Assembly (NCBI GenBank): GCA_028286615.1
Contig: JAQBRG010000003.1
Coordinates: 83,330 to 147,329, forward strand
Source of the DNA: Parcubacteria group bacterium
GTDB taxonomy: Bacteria; Patescibacteriota; Minisyncoccia; Phycocordibacterales; Phycocordibacteraceae
DNA length: 64,000 nt
Reading direction: 5' to 3'
Position numbers and translations under genes: made by a program
Shown here: piece by piece, positions 29,927 through 39,241 of the stretch
Position numbering within the stretch: the first letter of the stretch is position 1
How the letters are laid out: every line of letters begins with the position of its first letter
The notes under the pieces: model-generated
What the model saw: only the letters and a program-made list of their open reading frames with translations
Database searches by the model: none
Told to the model about the DNA's origin: nothing

Positions 29927-30483
29927 ATTGCGTGTATAAGGTCCTGCACTTTCTTGATGGCGCGATTGATGCGAACAGAAATGACATTGGCGGTCTCTTC
30001 GGTTATCTCAGCAATCTCCTGAGGCGAGAGTCCTTCCACGTAGCGCATAAGAAGCGCATCGCGCGAAGGCTCGTCGAGCTGGTTTATAACCTTAAGCACT
30101 TCCTGCATTTCAGCATCGCGCACTATGCCTTTGTGATCTTCGGAACCGAAGTCGATTCCCATATCCGTAAGCACATCAAGTGAGGATTCCTTCTTCTTTC
30201 GATACCAATCGATAACAAGGTTGCGGGCAATGGTGTAGAGGAGTGCGCGAGGGTTGCGTAATTCAGTCCCGTCGCGAAGTGCCTGCCAGAGCCGCATGAA
30301 CACCTCCTGGGTGATGTCTTCAGCTACTTCCCGATTACTTATCTTCATCGAGCAGAACCTGAAGATGTCGCCAGCATACTGGTCATAGGTTTCCAGGAAT
30401 GTGGCCTTCATTTCGTCTTGGTTCATAGTATAGGACGCTGGGCAGAGCTCAGTCTTACTGCCAATTATAAGGCATAACGCCAA
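29923..30483 (-). CDS. RNA polymerase ECF-type sigma-70 family factor (likely start at MNQDEMKATF near 30426)
   Basis: Region 2 ...DITQEVFMRLWQAL...; region 4 LSPQEIAEITEETANVISVRINRAIKKV. Confidence 0.8.
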   Translation of the reverse strand: MALCLIIGSKTELCPASYTMNQDEMKATFLETYDQYAGDIFRFCSMKISNREVAEDITQEVFMRLWQALRDGTELRNPRALLYTIARNLVIDWYRKKKESSLDVLTDMGIDFGSEDHKGIVRDAEMQEVLKVINQLDEPSRDALLMRYVEGLSPQEIAEITEETANVISVRINRAIKKVQDLIHAI

Positions 30484-30519
30484 AGATGCAGGGTTTTAAG
30501 ACCCTGCATCTTTATTCTT
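30481..30519. terminator. Bidirectional terminator
   Basis: AAAGATGCAGGGT-TTTA-AGACCCTGCATCTTTATTCTT. Confidence 0.6.
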
Positions 30520-30528
30520 AAATACCTA

Positions 30529-31251
30529 TTATTTAGCGGCCGTAGAAGCTCTCATAGCGAATGCCTCTCGAATAGAATCAAAGAGACTAGCTTGAGCACT
30601 TGCTGAGACTGTTGTGGAAGCCATCTGGTCTTTCCATGCCGCTACACGTGCCTCAATATCTGCACGGAGCTCGTCATCGTTGCTCATAGATACCAAGAAG
30701 CGGTACCAAGGATATGAGATTGAAACTGTACCGTCAGCGTTCACGTGTGTCTTTGCGTGCATCAACATTGGAATAAATCCAAGGAATCGTCCCTCTGTTT
30801 TGTAATCCATGTCTACAGAATTGTCTTCGCCAACACCAACTGAATTTATGTGATCGTCGTCATGCATAACGGAACGGAAGTATAGATCAAGATCATCACT
30901 GGTCTTAATGCTGTCGCGAGATTGGCTTTGGCTGGAATCCTCATCTGAAAGATCTGCTCGAAGAACGCTGAATGAGTGGTGTCCTGAATCATCCGTGCTT
31001 CCTGGAGTGCTTGAAGCTGAGCCCGTGTGATGCGAAGAATCATCGTTTCCAGTGCGCGAGTCATCATTCACATCGTGATCACTGCCATCATCTGAGCCAT
31101 CTCTTCCGCTATTAGCTGAGACCTGCGCTGAGGCATTCAATGTCTGTCCATTCCCGCTTCCCGTGGTATCAGCGGCGATGGCCGGAACTCCTGCGCTCAC
31201 AGCGAGTGCAAGCATCGTGAAAGTCGAGAAAAGATATTTGATCATAGGCAT
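30529..31251 (-). CDS. Secreted acidic Ser/Asp/His-rich protein
   Basis: Signal peptide MIKYLFSTFTMLALAVSAGVPAIAA; low-complexity D/S/H-rich middle. Confidence 0.5.
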   Translation of the reverse strand: MPMIKYLFSTFTMLALAVSAGVPAIAADTTGSGNGQTLNASAQVSANSGRDGSDDGSDHDVNDDSRTGNDDSSHHTGSASSTPGSTDDSGHHSFSVLRADLSDEDSSQSQSRDSIKTSDDLDLYFRSVMHDDDHINSVGVGEDNSVDMDYKTEGRFLGFIPMLMHAKTHVNADGTVSISYPWYRFLVSMSNDDELRADIEARVAAWKDQMASTTVSASAQASLFDSIREAFAMRASTAAK

Positions 31252-31352
31252 ATAGGTTATGTGCCCGTAACCGTAACCTAGGCTCTATGAACTCTCGCTG
31301 AAGAAAAACACCGCCTTGTGAGCGGTGTTTTTCTTCGAAAGATTTCTCTTTA

Positions 31353-31817
31353 TTACTTTCTTTTCTTTGCTGCCTTCTTAACTGCTTTCTTTGCAGTCTT
31401 AGCTCCGCCCGTTACTTTCTTTACGGTCTTCTTAACAGCTGCTGAGGGCTGGAGCTCACGCTTTACCTGCTCCCAGTTCTGTTTAAGCTCTTTAACCGCT
31501 CCTTTAAGATCACCGTCTGCTACACCACGAGCTCCTGCATATGCAGCAGCTGCTTCGTCTACGATCTTTCCAACAGCACGTGCATCGATGTTCTTAAGGG
31601 CCTTGGCTCGCTTAACCACATCCTTCTTAAGGCCCTTTGCCCAGGTGCTAGCTGCTGCCCGATGCTTCTTAGCGTTCTTAGTGCCGTAGAAGTAGTATCC
31701 TGCAGCGCCTGCTGCAGCCGCTGCTACAAGTACGCCTGCACCGATCTCAGCTGCTTGTACGCCTGACATCTTCTTCTTTGCGGGTGTCTTCTTAGCTGCT
31801 TGCTTTTTCGTTGCCAT
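31353..31817 (-). CDS. Lys/Ala-rich protein with a Gly-zipper TM (YtxH-like). Start at the internal MATKKQAAKK.
   Basis: The track ORF is 31353..31958, but the N-terminal extension looks non-coding; K-rich. Confidence 0.4.
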   Translation of the reverse strand: MATKKQAAKKTPAKKKMSGVQAAEIGAGVLVAAAAAGAAGYYFYGTKNAKKHRAAASTWAKGLKKDVVKRAKALKNIDARAVGKIVDEAAAAYAGARGVADGDLKGAVKELKQNWEQVKRELQPSAAVKKTVKKVTGGAKTAKKAVKKAAKKRK

Positions 31818-31839
31818 ACCAATGAGTCTATGAATAGAA

Positions 31840-32118
31840 TTAAGATTTTGTAGAACGACGGCGTTTGGGCTTATCGAGTACCTTGAAGAAACTAAACATA
31901 TGTTTGAGGCGAAGACCTTCACTGCGAACCTTTGCGCGTACATCAGCGATGTCGTCACGCAAATGCTCGCCTTCTTCCTCCACCAATTCAGACACGTGCT
32001 CCACTCGTTTCAAGATACGGATAAGCCAGACGAGAACGATTACAAGAAGGACAGTTACAACAATCACTGCGACTGTTGTCACGCCAAAGAAAATATCCAT
32101 CTTGAGAAAATCATTCAT
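31840..32118 (-). CDS. Small membrane protein (DUF948-like: N-terminal TM plus coiled coil)
   Basis: 92 aa; TM then charged helix. Confidence 0.45.
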   Translation of the reverse strand: MNDFLKMDIFFGVTTVAVIVVTVLLVIVLVWLIRILKRVEHVSELVEEEGEHLRDDIADVRAKVRSEGLRLKHMFSFFKVLDKPKRRRSTKS

Positions 32119-32248
32119 CCGTAAGGGTATGTTAGCCCGCCAGAATAGGAGTGCAAGGGCAAGTGTGTATTACTTTATTCACTTAAAATTAATACTTTGT
32201 AGCCTGTGGTATAGTCCTGACTAGAACTGGAAAGCAAAGGAGCTTTGC

Positions 32249-32722
32249 ATGACATCGTTCTCTCCGCCCGTGGCCCTTTCGTTGTTTGGAAGTCAAAGTG
32301 CGCTTTTCCGAAGATATGAGAGCTATTACGATCGAATCTCAGAAGAGACAGGGGAGCCTGTGCCTGAGCCAATCTCTGAGTTCCCTGAAGCGCTGGTATA
32401 TCTGTTCGAGAGAATGAACGACCGTACAAGGCGTTCCCTAGTCTTGAATGCAAATTTCAAAGATGGTTCTTCCGGTCCCGCCATCAAGATAGGCATCTAC
32501 AACGGAGGGTACGGAAGCGATCAACTAACCAAGGAGCACTACTTTCCCGTCACGCCGGAAGTTGTCCAAGAGCTCCAGCGCTCAGGCGTTCTTTCGGGCA
32601 TACCCTACCTGGGTTATACCGACAACAATGAGCTGCGTTTAAACGAGAATGCAGTTACGAGAATCCTCGCTGAAATCGGCAAGTATGGAGCAAGTCTGTT
32701 AAAGCAATCCACAGCGCATTGA
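32249..32722 (+). CDS. Hypothetical protein (157 aa)
   Basis: ORF with AAGGAG-like site (gcaaaggagctttgcATG). Confidence 0.45.
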   Translation: MTSFSPPVALSLFGSQSALFRRYESYYDRISEETGEPVPEPISEFPEALVYLFERMNDRTRRSLVLNANFKDGSSGPAIKIGIYNGGYGSDQLTKEHYFPVTPEVVQELQRSGVLSGIPYLGYTDNNELRLNENAVTRILAEIGKYGASLLKQSTAH

Positions 32723-32770
32723 AGTTTTGTCGCCTAGCAAGGTCGCCTGGCTTGCTAGGCGACTTTTGTT

Positions 32771-33025
32771 TTATTCCTTTTCTATGCGTACAAACCTTGG
32801 ACCCTTATACCCGAACTCCGGCTTATCAACCTCCTCAAGAAACATTGATACGGGACGAGCGTACAACTTTCCTTCAGCATAGAGTGCCTTATATATAACT
32901 AACTCCTCTTCTGTTTCTGTATGCATGGCGGTTCCAAGAACCTCGTAGTGCTGCTCTGGATGCTTGAAGTGATAGTAGAGGCCAGGAGTAATTTCCATAC
33001 AGGAAGTATACCAAGCTGCCTGCAT
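32771..33025 (-). CDS. DUF1653-family protein
   Basis: GLYYHFKHPEQHYEVLGTAMHTETEEELVIYKALY...ARPVSMF. Confidence 0.6.
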   Translation of the reverse strand: MQAAWYTSCMEITPGLYYHFKHPEQHYEVLGTAMHTETEEELVIYKALYAEGKLYARPVSMFLEEVDKPEFGYKGPRFVRIEKE

Positions 33026-33041
33026 GCGCTATGGTTAGTAT

Positions 33042-33782
33042 ATGAAGAGAGAACCGGCTCCAGAAACCAAGCCTACATACCCCATGCGCATCAACAAATA
33101 CCTCGCTATGAAGGGGTATTCAACACGTCGAGATGCTGATGCGCTTGTGGAGCGAAAGCAGGTATATATCAACGGAAGCATCGCTCAACTTGGAGACAAG
33201 GTACTCGAAACCGACGAGGTTGATGTAAAACGACGTACCAATCCTCAGACCCATGTCTACATCGCCTTCAACAAACCAGAGGGCATGGACACGCATCGGG
33301 AAGACACAGGAACCAAGAACGTACTTGATTCCCTTCCAGCTGATTTGAAGCACATGAATTTGTTCCCTGTTGGCAGACTGGACCAAGCATCTCGCGGTCT
33401 TATTCTCCTCACGAACGACGGACGTATAACAGACCGTCTCTTGAATCCAAAGCACGCGCACGAAAAGACCTATGAGGTCCGCACTAAGAAGCCTCTCCGA
33501 GCAACAGCTAAAGAAAGACTTGAGGAAGGAGTTGATATTGAAGGCTACGTAACTAAACCAGCAAAGGTTACTATTCTCGACGCGCAGCGTTTTCGCATAA
33601 CGCTAACTGAAGGAAAGACGCATCAAGTGCGTCGCATGGTTGTTGCACTCTTTAACGAAGTTGCGGACCTTAAGCGCACCAGCATTATGAACATCAAACT
33701 TGGTCCTATGAAAGAAGGCGGATACCGTCTTATTGAAGGAGCGGAGCTTACCGAGCTTCTCAAATCGCTTGGTCTTGCTTAA
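33042..33782 (+). CDS. rRNA pseudouridine synthase of the RsuA/RluB family (S4 domain plus PseudoU_synth_2). Alternative start MRINKYLA near 33084.
   Basis: GRLDQASRGLILLTNDG motif. Confidence 0.8.
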   Translation: MKREPAPETKPTYPMRINKYLAMKGYSTRRDADALVERKQVYINGSIAQLGDKVLETDEVDVKRRTNPQTHVYIAFNKPEGMDTHREDTGTKNVLDSLPADLKHMNLFPVGRLDQASRGLILLTNDGRITDRLLNPKHAHEKTYEVRTKKPLRATAKERLEEGVDIEGYVTKPAKVTILDAQRFRITLTEGKTHQVRRMVVALFNEVADLKRTSIMNIKLGPMKEGGYRLIEGAELTELLKSLGLA

Positions 33783-34096
33783 GACTTTGGCTTCCAACCA
33801 GAAACGGAGAGGTCTACTTTCTCTCCTTTAAATACAACTCCTTCTTTCGAAAGAATGCTTTTCTTGGTGCTCGTACCTTTCCCGAAAGCATATCCAGTTA
33901 GAGATCCGTTAGATCCAACAACGCGATGGCATGGGACTGCTTTTCTATCCTTGTTCGTGCGCATAACAGCGCCAACAGCCCGTGCAGCTCCTGGAGAACC
34001 GGCTAGAGTTGCTAGCTGTCCGTACGTAGCAACTTTTCCTGGAGGAATCTTGCCAGAGATAGTGCGTACTTTGTCCGCAAAAGTGTCCGTTTTCAT
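33779..34096 (-). CDS. Methylated-DNA-protein-cysteine methyltransferase (MGMT/Ogt DNA-binding and active-site domain only)
   Basis: PCHRVV active-site motif; 105 aa. Confidence 0.75.
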   Translation of the reverse strand: MKTDTFADKVRTISGKIPPGKVATYGQLATLAGSPGAARAVGAVMRTNKDRKAVPCHRVVGSNGSLTGYAFGKGTSTKKSILSKEGVVFKGEKVDLSVSGWKPKS

Positions 34097-34123
34097 ACCT
34101 CTATATTATCGCATTTTGCATAT

Positions 34124-34160
34124 GTATAAAAATAGCCCGCTCTGGCTTAGCCAGGCGGGC
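34124..34160 (-). terminator. Terminator (minus strand)
   Basis: GCCCGCCTGGCTAAGCCAGAGCGGGC hairpin then TATTTTTAT on the minus strand. Confidence 0.5.
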
Positions 34161-34175
34161 GTAGTTGGTTGAGGA

Positions 34176-34331
34176 CTATTCCTCTTCGGAAGCTTCGTCT
34201 TCGGAGACCTGTTCGTCGAGCGCTTCCTGCTCCTTGCGGTCTTCCTTCAGGTTTTCGGCGACCTGAGCCTGATCGGCAGAAGCGTTCTCAGCTTTTTCGA
34301 TCTTCTGATCCAAATCCTTCACTTCGGCCAT
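34176..34331 (-). CDS. Candidate 51-aa acidic coiled-coil micro-protein (MAEVKDLDQKIEKAENASADQAQVAENLKEDRKEQEALDEQVSEDEASEEE)
   Basis: GGAGGA Shine-Dalgarno site 5-9 nt upstream of the ATG; GC-rich; flanked by two similar terminator hairpins; below the ORF-track length cutoff. Confidence 0.3.
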   Translation of the reverse strand: MAEVKDLDQKIEKAENASADQAQVAENLKEDRKEQEALDEQVSEDEASEEE

Positions 34332-34444
34332 TTCGTCCTCCTGGACACTAACGTTACCTGCACTTCGCAGGAAATATGAATGTATCTCAAGTTATAAATA
34401 TGTCAAAGATAGATATTGCTAATTTCCATTAAACTTGAGCTGGC

Positions 34445-34479
34445 ATAAAAAATAGCCCGCTTGCGGTTGCAAGACGGGC
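34445..34479 (-). terminator. Terminator (minus strand), paralogous to the 34124-34160 hairpin
   Basis: GCCCGTCTTGC-AACC-GCAAGCGGGC then TATTTTTTATG on the minus strand. Confidence 0.45.
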
Positions 34480-34678
34480 AATGAACCAAGAACAGAGATA
34501 CTTATCTCACGCTCCTTGGTTAAGAGCTTGTGTTCTTCCCCAGAAGGGACAGCGTCTCACGTTAACCGCAGGTTTGAACACCTACCGGACCTCCCTTAGT
34601 TCCGGGAGAACTGCTGCAGTCCGTACATAACGTACTCTTCTGAGCCTGAATATGAGGTGAAAAACGTAGGGAAGTAAT

Positions 34679-34933
34679 CTAGTTCGGTGAGACCTTAACC
34701 AAATGCTTAACGGATATTGGCTTTCCGTTGTCTAACGTATGAAGTGGACGAATGTATGCAACATCATTGCCTTGGCTGTGCTTCTCTGTTCTTACAACTT
34801 CATACCGTTCGTTAGGATCTATAACTCCTGAAAGAGCCTTTCTAACCTCGTCTGGGATAGAGTCGCTAAGTCTAACAGTGTCTCCAGCTTCAAGACTAGG
34901 TTTCTCTGGTTTGCCGGGTGCTGCTTCTGTCAT
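34679..34933 (-). CDS. Hypothetical protein (84 aa)
   Basis: ORF 13 nt downstream of the GIY-YIG gene, same strand. Confidence 0.4.
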   Translation of the reverse strand: MTEAAPGKPEKPSLEAGDTVRLSDSIPDEVRKALSGVIDPNERYEVVRTEKHSQGNDVAYIRPLHTLDNGKPISVKHLVKVSPN

Positions 34934-34945
34934 AGGTGAAGTATA

Positions 34946-35194
34946 TCAAATACCGAGGAGTACAAGCTTCTGTTCTCTTGGGAGATTCTTTATCTCAGCC
35001 TCTCTCTTCTGAGCTTGGCTACGTGTAGCCCACTCCTCACTGTATCTAAGTGCAACTGGCCTACGCACTCTCGTATACTTCGCACCTTTATTTGAACCAT
35101 TGTGCTCCTCTACCCGTCTTTCAAGATTTGTTGTTACGCCCGTATACAAAGTCCCATCTGCGCACTCCAGGATATATACCTGCCACTTATTCAT
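34946..35194 (-). CDS. GIY-YIG nuclease family protein (YhbQ-like, single domain)
   Basis: WQVYILECADGTLYTGVTTNLERRVEEHN... Confidence 0.75.
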   Translation of the reverse strand: MNKWQVYILECADGTLYTGVTTNLERRVEEHNGSNKGAKYTRVRRPVALRYSEEWATRSQAQKREAEIKNLPREQKLVLLGI

Positions 35195-35209
35195 TCGTTT
35201 TAGTATGAC

Positions 35210-36703
35210 CTACTTTTCAAGGTCTAGTGTGTCGTCTATACGAATTTGTGCCACGAACTCAGGCACGTGACTAACGAGCACCATAGCGCCTTCGTACTGG
35301 TCTAGAGCCTTAGCAATAACAGGAAGATGGCGGAAGTTAATGTGGTTGGTTGGCTCGTCAAGAATAAGGAGTCCGGGGCGTTGAAGCACGAGACTTGCAA
35401 ATGCAACAAGTCCTTTCTGTCCTTCAGAAAGTACCCCGATTTTCTTTTGCATAACCTCGCCTGAAAGAATGAAGCCAGCTGCGGTTGCACGCATAACCTG
35501 CTCGTCCGGCTTATCCATAGAACGCATGAGAGCATCGTATACCGTGTGCTCAAAGTTAAGCGTTGAGAAGTCTTGTCGGTAGTAGCCGACACGTACTTCT
35601 TTTCCGATAGTTGCACCCTCTGCTTTTCCGCTTGCGAGCGCTTCAAGGAGTGTGGACTTTCCGATACCGTTTGGTCCCTTAAGGAGAAGATGGTTTGTTT
35701 TCTTAAGAGAAATGCTTGCCTTGTGTGCTTTGGGCTTATGCGTCTTAGGGTCCATCGTGCTGAACGAGGTTATAGAAAGGTATTCGCCGTTAAGGTCTGG
35801 CTGAGCTGGGATAGTGAAATTGCGGATGGTCTTATCTTCTTTACGCACATCAACCTTCTCTTCTTCCATTTCTTCAGCCTCTTCACGCATCTTTTTAGCA
35901 ACAAGACGCATCTTACCTCCCTTCTGTGCGAAGAAGTTGGCTTTATCCTTGTTGTCTTGAATCTTCTTGGCGAGCTGTGCGTTCTTTCGGTTCTCACGCT
36001 CAATACGAGCTGAGATCTCTTTGAGGAGATCGTAGTAGTTGCCGATGTACTGTTCAACCTTTCGGGTATGCACATCAAGATAGAGCACGCCGTCTGAGAA
36101 GGAGTTAAGGAATTCTGCATCATGGGAAATAACCATGCAGGTCTTTTCGTATTCTTGGAGGAACTTCGTGAGATGCTCGATGCCTGCGTGATCCAGGTTG
36201 TTTGTAGGCTCGTCCAGAAGAAGGAGGTCTGGGTCTTGGATAACCGCTGAAGCAAGAAGGAGACGTGCTTGCTGTCCTCCTGAGAAAGATTTAACAATGC
36301 GATCGTGGTCTGCGATATGCAGGTTAACAACTTCAAGTGCTGCATCAATCTTAGGATCGATGTCGTATACCTTCTGGTCGAAGCACTTCTCAAAGAATGC
36401 CCGGATGGTTAGCTCGCGTTCAGCGGGTGCTATAACCTGGCGCGCCATTGCAACCGTAAGTCCTGGAGCGCTCCAGATCTTTCCATCTTCAGGGTGCAGC
36501 TCCTCGGTTATGAGTTTGAAGATAGTACTTTTGCCAGCTCCGTTCTGTCCCATAACCGTAACCTTCATGCCACGACGCAGAGAAAAATCTACCGTATCGA
36601 GAATAGGGTAGTTATGCCCGTAGTTAAACGAGAGTTCTTCAAAACGAAGAACGGCTCCTTGTGAGCCGCCAGCGCCGCCTTCTTTAGTACCTTTTGCTAC
36701 CAT
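35210..36703 (-). CDS. ABC-F family ATPase (two tandem ABC domains, no TMD)
   Basis: Two Walker A sites (GQNGAGKST / GPNGIGKST), signature and Walker B in each half, charged inter-domain linker. Confidence 0.85.
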   Translation of the reverse strand: MVAKGTKEGGAGGSQGAVLRFEELSFNYGHNYPILDTVDFSLRRGMKVTVMGQNGAGKSTIFKLITEELHPEDGKIWSAPGLTVAMARQVIAPAERELTIRAFFEKCFDQKVYDIDPKIDAALEVVNLHIADHDRIVKSFSGGQQARLLLASAVIQDPDLLLLDEPTNNLDHAGIEHLTKFLQEYEKTCMVISHDAEFLNSFSDGVLYLDVHTRKVEQYIGNYYDLLKEISARIERENRKNAQLAKKIQDNKDKANFFAQKGGKMRLVAKKMREEAEEMEEEKVDVRKEDKTIRNFTIPAQPDLNGEYLSITSFSTMDPKTHKPKAHKASISLKKTNHLLLKGPNGIGKSTLLEALASGKAEGATIGKEVRVGYYRQDFSTLNFEHTVYDALMRSMDKPDEQVMRATAAGFILSGEVMQKKIGVLSEGQKGLVAFASLVLQRPGLLILDEPTNHINFRHLPVIAKALDQYEGAMVLVSHVPEFVAQIRIDDTLDLEK

Positions 36704-36747
36704 TACAGATACCCTACCGTATTTTCTTAAAAAACTAAACTATATTC

Positions 36748-37992
36748 TTATGCATTCCCTCCGGCGACATAACCAGTAGTCCAGCAAAGTTGAAGCGAAT
36801 ACCCTCCTGAAGGACGCGTAATGTGAAGCAGGTCTCCTGTTATAAAAAGATTCTCAATCTTAAGAGAGCGCATGGTTTTGGTATCAATTTCTGAAAGCGG
36901 CACGCCTCCGTCTGCTACAACTGCTTTCTCAAAACCAAGAAGACCTGTAACAGTAATGGAGAGAGCTTTGAGAAGATCAATTAAGATTCTGCGTTCTTCT
37001 TTGGTTACGCTATGTACTTTCTTCTCTGGATCGATGGTTGAGAGAGCAAGCAAAAGGTCGTTCATGCCAGCAGGCGCAAAACCTTTAAATACATTCTTGA
37101 GGAGCTTGTTCTTATTCTCGTCTAAGAGTGCCATGAGCTGCTTATCGAGAATACCCAGGTCGATAGTTGGGAACATATCAATTGTGGCAGTAACGGCTCC
37201 TTCGTGTAGCAGGTCGTCCACCTTTCCAGCTGCGTTGAGAATAGTTGGTCCCGAGATACCAAAGTGTGTAAAGAGAAGCGGCCCTTTTGTAGAAAACTTT
37301 CGTACTCCTTCTACAAAGAAAGATATTTTCATCTCGGGAAGCGCTACGCCACTTACCTCTTTAACCCAGACCTCTTTAACTTTAAGAGGAACAATAGTTG
37401 GTGTTGGCTTGTGTACGGTATGTCCAAGTTTCGTTAACCACTCAAATCCATCTCCTGTTGAGCCGGTTTCTGGATGTGAGACACCCCCTGTTGCAAGAAT
37501 GTACGAGTTAGCTCGATACTCTTTCCCGTCTGCAACAATGAAATCTATCTGTCCCTTCTTCATAACCACGTTCTCAACCGCAGACCGAAGTTTGATATCA
37601 ACTTTTCCTTCTTTTAAATACTCAAGAAAGAACCGCACAACATCAACCGCTTTCTCGCTTTGAGGAAACGCCCGCTTGCGAGCCTCAACCTTTAAAGGGA
37701 GTCCTCGAGATTCAAAGAAGGCGTACGCTTCAGACATGCCGAATTCCGAGAAAGGAGAGAAAAGAAAATTCTTAGCGTCTCCGTATTGAGCCAGAAGTAC
37801 ATTCTCGTCCTCTTCTGCATTCAATATGTTGCAACGGCCTCCACCGGATATAGCCAGTTTCTCTCCGAGCTTTGCATTCTTCTCAAGCAAAAGTACCCGT
37901 TTGCCTTGTGCAGCGGCTACACCAGCAGCCATAAGGCCTGCAGCGCCACCTCCTATTACGAGCACGTCGTGAGACACCTCTCCTTTTCGCAT
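36748..37992 (-). CDS. FAD-dependent oxidoreductase, HI0933/YhiN (aminoacetone-oxidase-like) family
   Basis: DVLVIGGGAAGLMAA...GGGRCN. Confidence 0.75.
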   Translation of the reverse strand: MRKGEVSHDVLVIGGGAAGLMAAGVAAAQGKRVLLLEKNAKLGEKLAISGGGRCNILNAEEDENVLLAQYGDAKNFLFSPFSEFGMSEAYAFFESRGLPLKVEARKRAFPQSEKAVDVVRFFLEYLKEGKVDIKLRSAVENVVMKKGQIDFIVADGKEYRANSYILATGGVSHPETGSTGDGFEWLTKLGHTVHKPTPTIVPLKVKEVWVKEVSGVALPEMKISFFVEGVRKFSTKGPLLFTHFGISGPTILNAAGKVDDLLHEGAVTATIDMFPTIDLGILDKQLMALLDENKNKLLKNVFKGFAPAGMNDLLLALSTIDPEKKVHSVTKEERRILIDLLKALSITVTGLLGFEKAVVADGGVPLSEIDTKTMRSLKIENLFITGDLLHITRPSGGYSLQLCWTTGYVAGGNA

Positions 37993-38093
37993 AATATGCC
38001 AACCATACTACAAACTTGCGAAAGAGTTAGCTTTAGCCATAATGCTGGCAGAGTGCAATATCCTGCATTAGTCATGAATTCAAGGAGGCAGTT

Positions 38094-38441
38094 ATGCCGA
38101 AGGACACGTCTCTACTAACTCGAGTAAGGCCGCAAACATACTATCAACGTAAAAGGGAGATCAGATGGGGCGCTGATATCGATGCAGAATTTCCTTCTCC
38201 ATCAGCTATTGCAAAGTTGCTGCCAAGTCTTTCTAAAGCGGAAAGGGATGTCGTTAAACTTATGGCGGAAGGCAAACCCTTCTTCAGGATTGGAGTTCTG
38301 CTTGATCGGGGAGAAGCTTACGTAGTGTCTGTTTCGAGTTCTGCACTCGAAAAACTTGGACTCCCCAGGACTTTCAACGAACTTAAGCGTGAAAGACGAG
38401 CTTGCCGTGCCTACATAATCGCTGAAGCACTGAAGATATAG
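38094..38441 (+). CDS. Hypothetical protein (115 aa)
   Basis: ORF with AGGAGG site (caaggaggcagttATG) and its own terminator. Confidence 0.45.
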   Translation: MPKDTSLLTRVRPQTYYQRKREIRWGADIDAEFPSPSAIAKLLPSLSKAERDVVKLMAEGKPFFRIGVLLDRGEAYVVSVSSSALEKLGLPRTFNELKRERRACRAYIIAEALKI

Positions 38442-38467
38442 AACATGTGCTCGTGCAAAACCTTAGA

Positions 38468-38545
38468 GGGGACGAATCTGAATACAGTTCGTCCTTTTCT
38501 CTTAAATAAAAAGGCCCCGCTCTATAGAGCGGGGCCTTTTTATAA
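38468..38545. terminator. Two adjacent terminators, one for the plus gene and one bidirectional for the minus gene
   Basis: GGACGAATCTGAATACAGTTCGTCCTTTTCT and AAAAAGGCCCCGCTCTATAGAGCGGGGCCTTTTTAT. Confidence 0.6.
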
Positions 38546-38550
38546 GAAAC

Positions 38551-38805
38551 TTATGCAGCGCGACGAACCATCTTTACGATTGCAATAAGTACAACCGCTC
38601 CGAGAAGTGCCACGAGGAAGCTGTAGAGATTGAAACCGCTTATGTCACCTTGACCAAGCATGCTCATAATCCAGCCTCCAAGCACCGCACCTACGATACC
38701 AACAATGATATCCATGAAGAGTCCCTGCTGGCCGTTTGTCTTCATAATAATAGAAGCGAGCCAACCTACGATTGCACCAAATACGATCCAAAGAAGAATA
38801 CCCAT
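38551..38805 (-). CDS. GlsB/YeaQ/YmgE-family (transglycosylase-associated) membrane protein
   Basis: MGILLWIVFGAIVGWLASIIM...; 84 aa; 3 TM. Confidence 0.75.
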   Translation of the reverse strand: MGILLWIVFGAIVGWLASIIMKTNGQQGLFMDIIVGIVGAVLGGWIMSMLGQGDISGFNLYSFLVALLGAVVLIAIVKMVRRAA

Positions 38806-38844
38806 AGTGAAGTAAATTAATTTTGTAAGCTATCCTCGATACAC

Positions 38845-39183
38845 TTATCGTGCTGTACCGGTTGCGGTGGTGGTTCCGCCATTCATAAGCACGGTGGTGG
38901 TGCTATTAACCGTAGTTGTTGTGAATGCGGGAGCCTGTCCAGATCCATTATTGTTAGTACTGCCAGTTTGCCCCTGCTGTGCACCCTCTAAGTTTGCGTT
39001 GGGGTTCATAAGCTTTGGCAGAAGGAACATTGCGAGCAGTACCAGTACTATGATCGCGATTAGGGCCACGATCCAGCCGCCGGCACCTGCACTTTCTGGA
39101 GTACCGTCCGGTCCTGGGTTATTAATTATTGTTGCCATATATTTGCGATATAACGTATCCGTTAGACTGGTACGCTGAAACAA
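38845..39183 (-). CDS. Small membrane protein with a Gly/Thr/Asn-rich tail
   Basis: One TM, low-complexity C-terminus. Confidence 0.4.
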   Translation of the reverse strand: MFQRTSLTDTLYRKYMATIINNPGPDGTPESAGAGGWIVALIAIIVLVLLAMFLLPKLMNPNANLEGAQQGQTGSTNNNGSGQAPAFTTTTVNSTTTVLMNGGTTTATGTAR

Positions 39184-39241
39184 TAAAATACTTATGATGA
39201 AGACCTCATTAAGCCACTGGTCTTCGTCTAACGACCTATTG

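Noticed and set aside
34169-34351. 60-aa plus-strand ORF
   Set aside because: It is an Arg/Pro-rich frame opposite the better-supported minus-strand 51-aa ORF, which has a Shine-Dalgarno site.
36872-37663. 263-aa plus-strand ORF
   Set aside because: It lies entirely antisense within the FAD-oxidoreductase gene and has Ser-rich junk composition.
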